Below, in pieces: positions 1 through 11,673 of a DNA stretch of 64,000 bases. Made by a program: the position numbers and the translations under genes. This DNA is from Mytilus californianus (Eukaryota). A model generated the notes under the pieces. That model ran no database searches and had not been told where the DNA came from. It saw only the letters and a program-made list of their open reading frames with translations. How positions within the stretch are numbered: position 1 is the first letter of the stretch; every line of letters starts with the position of its first letter. The DNA is taken from contig NW_026262723.1 of the NCBI RefSeq assembly GCF_021869535.1, forward strand, positions 105,772,001 through 105,836,000, given 5' to 3'.

Positions 1-269
1 TGTGCTGTAAAGACAAAATTAACCTTAATTGACTATTATATTATGGACTATTTTACTTCTTGTAAGGAAAACAAATGAGAATTTTTCAGAAAAGGATATG
101 CCTTCAAAATTAACAGTCGCTCGAAAGAAAATCTGGCACTTATAAGCATTTTTTATGACTTTCATTTTGCTCTATTCTAAGAGTTATTCCTAAAAGATTC
201 TTTAAAATTCTTCTTTTCATAATTGGTATTTTGTATGATTTTGATCACTATATCTGTACTAATACTTAC

Positions 270-386
270 ACATTTGTATGGAGTGTAAAGTCACCAGTAG
301 AGTAACCGACAGCAAAATTGCTCTTGGAAAGTTTTGATTTGGAAGTATCAAAGCTCATTTGGTATCCACCAAGCCAGCCATTGTAC
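270..386 (-). CDS. VDAC: VDAC coding exon 5
   Basis: 117 nt, [38 protein letters not shown](V); flanked by tgacag and gtaagt. Confidence 0.95.
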
Positions 387-3300
387 CTGTCAAATAGAGC
401 ATTTATCACAATAAGATAAAGTTTACATTGTTTTCACATATCATCATTTGGAAAGAGAAATTACCATTTATTGGAATATACATGAATTGTATGGTGTTTT
501 AACCAACAGGTTTCAAAATAAGTGCTCCCCTGCTGGCTGGTGAAAGTACTGCAGGGCCAATTCAGCTTAAACTAGCTTTCCCGTTAAGCCAGTACATTTA
601 CGTAAGAAAAAAAAAACCTGTTACTAATGAATGAGCTTCGTATTCATTTATGTGAGCAGTACAAGATAGTGATCCGTATGTGTCCTCTACATAACAAAAT
701 AGTGTGTACAAAAAAACAGTGCTATAATTTGATCTATTTCACCAATTGAAAAGTGTTGAATGTTTGGTGAGCAGCCATCTTTGTATGACCTTACCCTAAC
801 ACTAAGGCACCATTCACGGCTGGTCCAGCAAAATCAAAGTTAACATCACATTCCATATTTACATAATCTTGTTTGTATCCAGTCTTAATTGTTCCCTGCT
901 TCTTTCTGAAAAAAAAAAGTTTCGTCATATATACCTCTAACATGTTACATGCAGATACAACTCATTTTTTTCCCTGGAATTATGTTTTAAATTCTACAAG
1001 AGAACTAAGGATGTACATAAAATAAATGTTCAATTATGTTGCTGCGAAAGCCATAACAAATATACCAATTATCTATTAAACAAAGTGTTATGAACTGTAG
1101 CTTTAAAATTTACTTTCCTACCATAACATAACATTCACCATTTTGAATTGACCATAAAACTCAAGTTGCATCCTTCTTTTCACATTAAGATACAATAACA
1201 TGTATGTATTAAAATTTTCTCATTACTTCACTGTCAAATGCTAGTGTTTGATTTGACATAACTTATTTGTGTTACCTACCCTGTCTGTGGAGCAAATGTA
1301 GTGTCAAATGCTAATTTTAAACCTTGTACAATTTGGTCCTCAACAGTTATTTCTGTGTTTAACACATTGTCTGTTGTCCATTTTTCTTTGAATGTTAATC
1401 CTAGAAAACATATCAGGAATGATTTAATTCTAGATAGCATTGCCACAGTAAAATATTTGCATTTTTTATTCATCTGTTACTGTTAATTCATTTATTTTCA
1501 TGGGTACAAATTTTCATGGATTGAGGAAAACTTGTATTTTCATGGATATTGGATTTTGTGGTTGTGCCAGTCTTCATACAAGCCAATAGAAGATTTGAAA
1601 TTCGTTAAACATTTAAATTTGTTGTTCACCTGTATCCTTGAAATCCACGAAAATTTGTATTCCACGAATAATAATGAATCCACAGGTAATACTGTAATGT
1701 ACACACCTGTATATACACACCTGTATATACTTTCACTCTTTTGTGTTTTAGTGTAATACTTTTCAAGTATTTATCTCAATGACTTATCAAGAAGGAGAAA
1801 CAAATAATAACTGTTTTATATTCATACTTTATACTTTTTCTGAACTTTGTCATGATGTGTCTGGGGAAGGGTTTGGTGCCAGCAAACTAGTTTAACCCCC
1901 CCACATTCTGTATGTGCCTGTCCCAAGTCAGGAGCCTGTCATTCAGTGGTTTTTCGTTTGTTGCTATATATCATATTTGTTTTTCGTTCATTGTTTTTAA
2001 CATAAATCAGGTCATTAGTTTTCTCATCTTAATTGTTTTACATTTGTCATTTCTAGGCCTTTTATAGCTGACTATGCGGTATGGGTTTTGCTCATTGTTG
2101 AAGACTGTAAGGTGACCTATAGTTGTTAAATTCTATGTCATTTGGTCTCTGGTGGAGAGTTGTCTCATTGGCAATCATAACACATCTTCTTATTTTTATA
2201 ATATCTGTTATGAATGTCACACATCTATCCTATCACACTTAAAAAAAGCCCAGTCACATGTCTTCATGCTGGTCCATGGCCCATTTCCTTAAAGTTGTTT
2301 ACATATAACTTGTGTATTTTCATAGCAATCTTTTTTACATGATTTAAAATATACAGAACTTTTTCATTACAACCATTTGCATTTCACAAGCTAAACACTA
2401 GACAAGTTTTTATGTGTGTATACATTTTGTGTAGGTCAATAAATTAGAGTTCAAGGGTGATTTGAAAGTAAACTTACCGTAATCTTTCCATTTGTACTTG
2501 GTTTCTAAACTACCAGCAACTTTACCAGTATCGTGATTGTGGTCTAATTTACTTGTGAATTCTACTTTACTATCTGTTTTTGTTTTAGCCTCTAGTTTAT
2601 TGGTACCAAAGTCTGAAAAAAAACATCAATCATACACTATAAATTACTGATGCAAATGAAACTATTATTATTTCTGTCAGATATAGACTGACTGAATAGC
2701 AAACTTTGTGGTCCTTCAAATAATATGATGGTCCTCCATTTTTAAAAATTGTAATATGCTGGAAAACCTGAAAATGAAATGAAAATACAAAAAAAAAATT
2801 TTGTAAGACATAAAAATGTGTATGTTAACAGTTCCATTTGATTTCCTTTTTCAAAATCAAAGGTCTGAAGGTCAGACTTTTAATTTAAGTTTTGTCTGAA
2901 TCTTAGTCAAAACAATATAATTAGGTGCCCTAAAAATTAGATTGGTGAAATGTTCCTGAGAATAATAAACTTGGATACTTGTCAAAAAGATAACTAAAAA
3001 AAAAATGACTTCACAAAACTATGACATTTAGAAGTAAACATACATGTACATAAAAATAAGTTTCATGATATATGAATATATTCTGGCCCCTGGTCTGTTG
3101 TAAAAAAAGTTTTTAATGAAAATAGATAGTTTTTTTAACTGTCAAATAGACCAAGCTAAACAAAATCAAGTAAAGGTTTTCAATTGAATGTTTTGAGATG
3201 AAAGGTATATTATCTATTGCTTCTTTATCAAAGTGATTAATATTGTTTGTTTTCTATTACGATTTACCTTTTATTTACATTGCACACCTTTCTCAGTTTC

Positions 3301-3864
3301 TGGCAATTAAAAATAATCCTTTTTGAATTACAGTGTTTTTACCTAGAGGGTTTTTGCATGGTAGTACCCCCATGCATTCATTTAAGTCATTATCCTTCAA
3401 ATTCATGATCACTATCATATCCAGGGAAAACACCATTTCAAAGAATTGGAAGTTCCTAGCATATCTAGAGCTCTACATAACACTTAATATAAATGAAAAA
3501 TCTAGTTAAATATCTGATATGGCGGTCCAATTGCAACAACCAACTATTTGTTATGTATTGTTGTCTCTCTTAAATGTAAAAAAAATATTATTGTTATTAG
3601 ACATCTAGACTTATTACTTATAATGACAAAATTCTAACAGATTCTTGAGACAGTAAACTATGCAACACAATTCAGCAGACTATCTTGCTGCATTGGGTAA
3701 ACAGGTGTCTGCTTTAGTATACAAATCTGTCAGAAATGTTATACATTAAAAACCATGATAAAAAATACTGCCATTTAACAAAAGTTATCAAAATACTTAC
3801 TGTAACCTTTACTGAAAAGATCTCTGGCAGATTTTCCTAAATCGGAGTATGATGGAGGTGCCAT
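270..3864 (-). CDS. VDAC: Voltage-dependent anion channel (mitochondrial porin), 5' part; coding exons 3864-3801, 2612-2478, 1400-1280, 905-795, 386-270; continues beyond position 1
   Basis: The spliced translation (182 codons + 2 nt) reads [183 protein letters not shown]. It is colinear with animal VDACs, and all introns are GT-AG with consistent phases. Confidence 0.97.
795..905 (-). CDS. VDAC: VDAC coding exon 4
   Basis: 111 nt, [36 protein letters not shown](G); flanked by tttcag and gtaagg. Confidence 0.95.
1280..1400 (-). CDS. VDAC: VDAC coding exon 3
   Basis: 121 nt, (G)[22 protein letters not shown]...FAPQT(G); flanked by ttctag and gtaggt. Confidence 0.95.
2478..2612 (-). CDS. VDAC: VDAC coding exon 2
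   Basis: 135 nt, (N)[12 protein letters not shown]...[11 protein letters not shown](G); flanked by ttttcag and gtaagt. Confidence 0.95.
3801..3864 (-). CDS. VDAC: VDAC first coding exon
   Basis: ATG at 3864-3862; [21 protein letters not shown]; acceptor tttttcag ends at 3870; donor gtaagt starts at 3800. Confidence 0.96.
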
Positions 3865-5619
3865 TGTACCTGAAAAAATACAATAGTAAACTATAAATAA
3901 TACTTGAGTATGAACTATAAATTGTCTATACTGTTTATATTCCATTTCACTGAAAAAGAAAAAAGCAGGTGTAACAGCACTGCAATCCATATTGTTTTAA
4001 TGATTTATCATATTTTAATCATGGGTATACCTTATGCAGTCCATGATCAAGTTTGAATAATTCTGTCTGCCAGAGTCCAGATGGAAACTTGCATTAAAGA
4101 TACACAAATAAAATTTATGAAGCTAAATTGTGCTTTGATTGAGTAAAATTGACATATATATCTCAAAATCGTAGACTTCATTATTTATAACAGCAGTATC
4201 AGTCCATATTCAGTAAAGTTTTCTGGTAATATGTATTGGTTCTCTGGTTCATATTGAGTTTTGGGGAAACTATTGAACCGGTTTGTGATTACCTGGCAGT
4301 TAGATAGATAGGCTGAGTTTCCGATGGGGGTCGCCTTTTTGAAATATGCAAAAATACATTTGTGGCGATTACAAATCATAAATGGCGAAAAAGTTTGGCA
4401 AAAAGAAATATAACAGTTTGACTTTATCCATCTTGTTAATATTTTTCACCTTTCTCTGAACTTTTTCCTGATCAGACAATACTCAAATTTCACTGATTTC
4501 ACCTTGAACACATTAGGGGTATCAATTTTTTATAGAAAATTAATAATAATCAGCTGATTGTATTTGATAGCATTTGGCAACAACAGACCAATAAAAACAG
4601 GTGTTAATTGTATTGTTTAATGAAAATATGTAGTAAAATGGTGTCACGTCACCTGAAGGATTATATTAACAGATTTGATGAAAATAATTGTTTTGAAGTC
4701 ACAATTGTTTTAGTGCACACCTGTTTTTAAGCATATACTTTTACGTTGCCACTTTTACTATTAATGATGGTTTGGAAAGAAAACTTTTGTTTTGAAGAAA
4801 GGATTCAAATGTAAGAAATATATCTGATTTCATTCTTTGTCCTTTTAGAAATCAAGGTACATTGTAAGTATACAATAAAATGATTGAAGATGAAACCTGT
4901 GCACCTAAAAGTCAAATTTTACAGTAAAAAAGTTCACGAAATTTTGTTCTATCTGAGGGTTCATTCATTACAATGTAGGATATGAAATTATATATGTAGA
5001 ATTATAATAAATGAGACAACAATGCTGCAAACTGATTGTTAGCTAGAAGGAAACAAGTTCTAAACAAAAACATGTGAAATGTTTGTGAGTTGGCGAACAA
5101 AATTGATAGTGGCGAATAAAGAAATTGACCCAGGGAAAACCCTGTGTAGGGTCATAAGGTTTAACCAGGTCACAAGATGATGGTGACATTCAAGGAACTG
5201 GACAAAGGTTTACAGAGTGAAGACTCAGGGGTTGTCCAGCAGGGGACATGCAAGCTGCTCAAATGGATGTTATGCAGCTCAAATTAAGAAAAGGGGGAGA
5301 ATGTTGTATATCTGGAGATGTAAAGGTAGTCTAACTGGTTGATTTAGGGATCTACTTTGGCTCAAACGATTAGTTCTCTTCTTTAAATTCTGAGATCGAG
5401 GGCTGCAATTTATACCCCTAGTACCATCCATGTATTTTTACAATAATTCCATGACGAAATGCCCCTTCCCTGAGGTCAGACAGTCGAAATTTATACCCTC
5501 CGTCGTTGTCATATACTGGTTAATTTCTTGCTTGATTTTTTAAAGCTGTTGCTTTGAAGCTTTAACCGAAACACTTTTAATGCATAAACTGATGCTCAAG
5601 CTAAATATTTGATCCTTAC

Positions 5620-5705
5620 ACGTTTTTTCGCTTCTTCCCTTTTCTGCTGAGAGGACAAGAGAGAAATCAAGGTCACTTTAACGCAGTTTCCGGTTCCGAA
5701 TTTTT
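5620..5705 (-). promoter_or_regulatory. Probable non-coding first exon / TSS region of VDAC
   Basis: On the minus strand, an ETS-like CCGGAA precedes a relatively GC-rich stretch ending at a strong donor (aaacgt|gtaagg, intron starts at 5619). The ATG exon has an acceptor 5 nt upstream of the start codon, so a 5'UTR exon is required. Confidence 0.5.
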
Positions 5706-6419
5706 TTTTTTTTTTAAATTTCTGCATTTCTCATGTCTCACAAAACGTATAGACTTATGTTTCAATACTTCAACCACTTTACCATAACTTCTAAATAATT
5801 TTTCAATAAAATCTTAAATTTTATGACAACTAGAAGCCTGTTTAAATCCATATGTTTCACGCTTAATGCCTTGTATTGGGAACCAGAAACAAAAAATTAA
5901 GAATACCGATCCCGTAAACATACCCCAAAGAAGTTTGACAGTATCTGTTGACTGAACTCAGTTATAGTGACATATAAACATTTAAATAGCAACGTATACA
6001 TTTACGGCAACTACAATCAATTCAGGCAGCACATATGAATAAATACAGAGCACATGCAACCGTCAATATATATAAACATATAGGCAGTAAAACATAATAT
6101 ATCAATACAGACAAAGCACATGCAGAGTGAAGAGCAGATAAACATATTCACATAAAACACATACAAGCAAGAAAACATAAGATACCAACACATATCACAC
6201 ATGCATCAAGTTTAAAAATAAAAAAAAATAAATAAATAAAGCTCAAACAGGCTTAATTATAAAAGATAAGTTATGAGGCAGCAAGAGATGTCATTATTTG
6301 CATGAACTACGGGTACAATTTTCTGAAAAACACCAAGTGGATTTTTTTTTAATTAGCCAAATGTTGGCAGATTCCTTGCCTCATTAAGCAAGAAGTTCCA
6401 TAGTGTTTCTGCTTCGTAA

Positions 6420-6645
6420 TCAAAGCTTTTCTACCCGCCCAGGCTAGGAATAGATTACCGTAGCTATATTTGGCAAAACCTTTTAGGAATTTTTGGTCTC
6501 AATTTCTATTCAACTTCGTACTTTGTTTGGCCTTTTTAACCTTTTTTGATTCGAACGTCACTGATGGGTCTTTTTTAGACGAATCATGCGTCTGTCGCGC
6601 ACAATTTCAATCCTAGGATCTATGATGATTTTATTTCTCACCATA
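6420..6645 (+). mobile_element. Fragment of a high-copy repeat bearing a hammerhead motif (Penelope/retrozyme-associated type)
   Basis: Contains the degenerate hammerhead at 6553-6600. It resembles a common mussel interspersed repeat (from memory, not searched). Confidence 0.5.
6553..6600 (+). ncRNA. Degenerate minimal type I hammerhead ribozyme
   Basis: acgtca-CTGATGG-gtc-tttttta-gac-GAAT-catgcg-TC-tgtcgc follows the layout stem I, CUGAUGA core, stem II (GTC/GAC), GAAA, short stem III, UH site. Both core boxes carry a substitution. Confidence 0.5.
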
Positions 6646-6739
6646 CCTTTTTGTTTTCGGTCATGGTATATCAGCTATGCCTTTATACATACATAAAATT
6701 ATATGAATTTTCTTTAATGGTTATCAAATTATGTAAAAA

Positions 6740-7930
6740 AAATCCGGACTGGATTTTTTTACTTTTTATATGTCTCTAATGCCATGGTTCTCATCCTTTT
6801 GATGTTAAGTGCTGGTAGTTTAGACTGTTCAAGTTGGGTGTTGTAAGAGCTATTGTAGTCTTCGTAAATAAATCTGAGTGATCGTTCTTGTATTTTTTCG
6901 ATTTTTTTTTTATAGTGTTTCAAGTTGTTTACTGCAAAAGTGCCATGTTATTGGACAATAGCTGAGGTTTGAAAGGATGAAAGAGTGGTAAATAGTAAGT
7001 TTAGAAACTAGTAGTCTGGTTTGATTAACTCCAATTCTTTTTAATACGTTTAGTTGTGCTGCTTTTTACAAATGTTTGAGATGTGTGTATTGAAGTCTAG
7101 TTTAAAGTCTATGGTTACACCAAGAGTATTTACCTCGTCATCATATTGAATACTGATGCCGTTTAAGTTGATGACTGTATTTTGTGAATGTGTTTTTCGC
7201 CTATTTCGATTGTCTGGAATTTTTCTGGGTTTGCCTGCATTTTGTTGAATGAGTAACATGATATTTGGGAGTTACTATATTCCTCTAAGTGTTTAATAAC
7301 TGGTTCCAGAGAAGTGCCAGATTTAGAGAGGGTGTTATCATCGGCATGGTTATATAATTCACAGTGTTTTACAAAAAGGAAGATGTCATTAATAAAGACA
7401 TTAAATAATACAGAGCCAAATATAGATTCCTGAGGAACACCTTTATAAACATCAAGCATTTGACTTATACTTTGTCCTATTTTTACACATTGTTTCCTTA
7501 ATTTTTGTGAGATAACTTTTTAATAAATCTAGTGCAGATGTACCTAGGCCTTATTTTCTTAGTTTAAGAAGAAGATCATGTGGTAGACAGTCAAATACTG
7601 CTTTGCTTAGATCCATAAGTATTGCTGCGATATATTCATCATTATCTAGTGCCTTTTTCTCCAGTCTTCTAAAAGTTGACTGACAGCCATAGCTTGATAA
7701 AATAAAAGCCGCAGGGAAATGGTTAGAAATATCATCAAAGTATTTAGAAAGTTGATTTTCTATGGCTGTTTCTATTGATATAGTAGGTAGAACACTAACA
7801 GGTCTATAATTCCCTTTTTTCAAGAACACTATTTTTTTGTGGATAAGCGCTACTTGAGCAATTTTCAATGAGTCTGGATAATGAAGTGGATAATGACAAA
7901 TTTACAAGTTCAGTGATAGGTTTAACCACA
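6740..7930 (-). mobile_element. Decayed non-LTR retrotransposon (CR1/L2-type) reverse transcriptase
   Basis: Broken ORFs with RT motifs: KGNYRPVSVLPTIS, AILMDLSKA-FDCLPH, GVPQESIFGSVLFNVFIND, NHADDNTL, LGVTIDFKLDFNTHISNICKK, EKIQERSLRFIYEDY. Multiple stops and frameshifts. Confidence 0.85.
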
Positions 7931-7974
7931 ACAGGTTTAGCATAGTGCAGTAGTTTTGACTATATATATATATA

Positions 7975-8293
7975 CACTGTAAAAGTCGTGCTTAGAAATT
8001 AAACACTTGTATTACATGTTTAGATCTAAACGTGTTTAGGATTGTGTTTAATTTCTAAACACATTTCTCAGTAAGCACATAATATCTAAACATGTCTTGA
8101 ATTTAAACACTTTTAATGTGTTTAAAAATGAAAGTGTTTAGAAATTAAACACTTTTTTCTAAGCTAAACATGATTCGAAACACAATCCTAAACACATTGT
8201 ACTGAGACACGTTTAGATCTAAACATGTAAAAAAAAGTGCACAACAGATGTGCTTAGAAATGTGTTTAGGATCTAACCACCATTTTTACAGTG
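7975..8293. mobile_element. MITE with CACTGTAAAA terminal inverted repeats (CMC/EnSpm-like), inserted in a TA run
   Basis: cactgtaaaa at 7975 and ttttacagtg ending at 8293; TA on both sides; internal aaacac/gtgttt subrepeats in both orientations. Confidence 0.75.
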
Positions 8294-8759
8294 TATATAC
8301 CATCTGTATACCAGACGCCGTTTTTTACATATATTTTACTTATACGCTTAGATACAAAAGTTTCATTTACAGGCTGAAAAATAAGTTAATTGGATGTTGA
8401 CCTTGAGTATTTGTTTGTAATGACTTCTATACTTGAATGTTTATCGTTAATAGGTATGCTGTTGTCACCAATATTTTTGACTACATTGCCTATTTGATAT
8501 TTCTGTTTCGACACGGTCAACGCTCCGACCCATTCTTTCTCCTGCATAATTTATTAACTTTTCCTACATACAAAGATATAAGATTCCCGTTTTAATCATC
8601 GTGAACGTATTGCAAGTATGCGAGATGTCTTATTTTCTTTGCCTGCTTAGTTGCTAGTTTTTCATTGGCTGTATATATGATTACATTTGAGCATCTGTCA
8701 ACCATTCCCGTTTTAGTTATCTGATATTTCTATATTCTTACATAATTCGAAGAATAGCC

Positions 8760-9115
8760 AATGATAAATCAAAGGATAACAGGAATCACGCCAAATATTA
8801 AACTGGGAAATGGATAAGGTTTCCAAAACATGATCATACATTCTGCTTAAACGTGTGCTTAGAGGGGCGATCTTGAACTTACAGCGAGGACCTAGCTTAT
8901 AATCTGACTTAGAGAGATTATTGTGACTTCGAGATGACGGTAACAAACAGTATAGTTTAACAAATTGTTTATATATGTACATGTTATATAAGTCATATAA
9001 TAATGTTTCGTGAATGTTTTGTCTAAAATTAATGTATATATGTTTGTCTTTTTATTATTTTCTTGTTTGTAATTACGGGCCTTTGGATTAGGAAATAAAC
9101 TGATTTGATTTGATT
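8760..9115 (+). mobile_element. Possible 3' end relic of an L2/Crack-like LINE
   Basis: Weak GKWIRFPKHD..C...C similarity to the C-terminal zinc-knuckle region, followed by aataaa and a (gattt)n tail. Confidence 0.3.
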
Positions 9116-9449
9116 TTAGTTTAATATTATTTAAGGTGACTTATAGGTTCATTTGGGCCGGGTTTATTCGTATTTCTTTCTCGTATATTATATCTTTGTA
9201 ATTTGTACATATTTACAGATATGGAGCAAAATCCATACCGTTTAGTCTGCTATAAAAGGCGCCGACATGACGAAATGTGAAAGAATTCCTAATTCAACTT
9301 ACAGCTCTTTTCATAATGCTAGCAAGACAACGGTTTGTTTGGCTTGCTTGCTTTGTTTGTATCAATGTTTGCTCAAGCATTGTAATTAAGATTGACATCT
9401 GAAAACAACATAAAAAGGCGGATTTAAACTTGTATACATATATTTTATG

Positions 9450-10030
9450 ATGGTATAATACTAAACCCCTAACAGGAGGGATTGTGCCTGGTATTCATAT
9501 GATGAAGACATAATCTTTCAATCAGTTTAATTGAGGTCTGGAGCTGGCATGTCAGTAACTGCTAGTAGTCTGTTGTTATTTATGTATTATTGTCATTTTG
9601 TTTATTTTCTTTTGTTTCCTATTCTGACATCGGACTCGGACTTCTCTTAAACTGAGTTTTACTGTGCGTACTGTTGTACGTTTGTTTTTTCTACATTGGC
9701 TAGAGGTATAGGGGGAGGGTTGAGATATTAAAAAACATGTTTAACCCCGCCGCATTTTTGCGCCTGTCCCAAGTCAGGAGCCTCTGGCCTTTGTTAGTCT
9801 TGTATCATTTTTAATTTTAGTTTCTTGTGTATAATTTGGAGTTTAGTATGACGTCCATTATCACTGAACTAGTATACATATTTGTTTAGGGGCCAGCTGA
9901 AGGACGCCTCCGGGTGCGGGAGTTTCTCGCTGCATTGAAGACCCATTGGTGGCCTTCGGCTGTTGTCTGCTCTATGGTCGGGTTGTTGTCTCTTTGACAC
10001 ATTCCCCCGATGATTTTTATTCTCAATTTT
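9450..10030 (+). mobile_element. Penelope-like element 3' non-coding region (same family as 45165-45905 and 47360-48255, opposite orientation)
   Basis: Near-identical reverse complement of the 47360-47940 block, which abuts a Penelope-type ORF end. Confidence 0.7.
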
Positions 10031-11404
10031 ATTATATTTAAATTTGATTGGGCATTATCAAATAATCAAATTTATCTATACACAGGTTTAACTCCACCTA
10101 CTTATATTGTTTGTAGATATCAATCTTAATTACAATGTTTGAGCAAACATTTATATACAAACAAAGCAAGCAAGTCAAACAAACCTTTGTCTTGCTAGCA
10201 ATATGAAAAGAGCTGTAATAATGACGAGAAACAAGAACAATGTTACAGGTCAAAAGTAAAATAATAAAAATACCGAACTCGAAGGAAAATTCAAAACGGA
10301 AAGTCCTTTATCAATTGGCAAAATCAAAAGTTCAAACACATCAAACGAATGGAAAACAACTGTCATATTCCGGACTTGGTAAGGCTTTTATTCCTTATGT
10401 AGAAAATGGTGGATTAAAACTGGTTTTATAGCTAGCCAAACTTTTTACTTGTACGACAGTCGCATAGAACTAATCAACTGTATACAGACTGTCAGTGTTT
10501 CGTGAACATGTTTACTTTTTCGTGAGTTTAAATATGTTAAAAAAATATTGCATGTTTTGGTACTTGGCCGGCAAGCAAATGCTTCAAGATCTCTCCACGT
10601 TAGAAGAATTTCGAAGTATCGTATCATGTGGATTGATATCGAGGCCTTATTACAGTGTAATATGTACACTGTGGTCGCTCTTCAACTTTATGTTATATAG
10701 TTTTAGTTGTATAAAAAAAATTTGATAAATATTTAGTTGTATAAAACAGTTTTGTCTTTGCACTATCTGCTGGACTAAGGTGTGCAGATTGATATTTTAC
10801 TCTAAGCGAACATGGTTGTATGACTTATTAATTAAAATTGGTATTTCAACTAGCTTTTGGTAGCTGTTCCTACACTTAGATCTCAACTTTGTGTATTAAT
10901 TTGTGTGTGTGTGTTTTTTTTTTTGTTTTTTTTTTTTGCACTTAGTACCGACCTCATGAGTCAATCCCTTGGCCTATGTACGTTACAACTGAACTGGGAT
11001 GCAAAAACGTCAATCAAGCCATGCACCTGTAATCCAGTGGTTGTCGTTGGTTGTTGTCTGTCATATTTTTTTGTTTTTTTAATTGTTGAAGTAAAAACAA
11101 TACATTGATTTTTCCCTTTCGAATTACATTTTTACATTTTGTCAGATTAGCGCCTTAAATTTCGCTTACGTATACGATATGGATTCTTTTCTCATTGTTA
11201 AAAGCCGCACAGGGACCTTTTATTGTTCACATCTTGTTTTTCTTTTCCTTTGTTTTTTTTTATTGAAAGTAGGTTTATTTCCAATCTGGCATTTACAAAA
11301 TCTGAGCATACGAATTCTCGCAAGTAATAAAAAAAACTTCGGGAGCTCACGAGGGACGCACCTGTTTTAAAGTTTTAGAGAACACAATTTGATAACTTCA
11401 TTTA

Positions 11405-11673
11405 CAGCCGATTGCATTGAGTGTGTAGGTAAAGGTAATATCTTTGGTTAGCTTGCTTGCTAGCTAAACCGTGAAGTCATTATTAGGTAAGGTAAACTAT
11501 CCTCCTTTAAGAGTAGACTAGTGCGACAGATAACCAATCTATCTGTCTGTAGGACTAGGCTACTTCGAAAGGAGGGTATTATACCTTACCTAATAATGAC
11601 TTCACGGTTCAGCTAGCAAGCAAGCTAACCAAAGATATATTAGCTTTACCTACACACTCAATGCAATCGGCTG
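11405..11673. mobile_element. Palindromic MITE (TA target duplication, CAG termini; Tc1/mariner-like)
   Basis: ta|cagccgattgcattgagtgtgtagg...cctacacactcaatgcaatcggctg|ta; arms of about 120 nt are almost perfectly complementary. Confidence 0.75.

Noticed and set aside
3775-3990. ORF-track start MDCSAV... and end ...KYFDNFC for VDAC
   Set aside because: Both ends run into introns; the real exon is bounded by the AG at 3870 and the GT at 3800.
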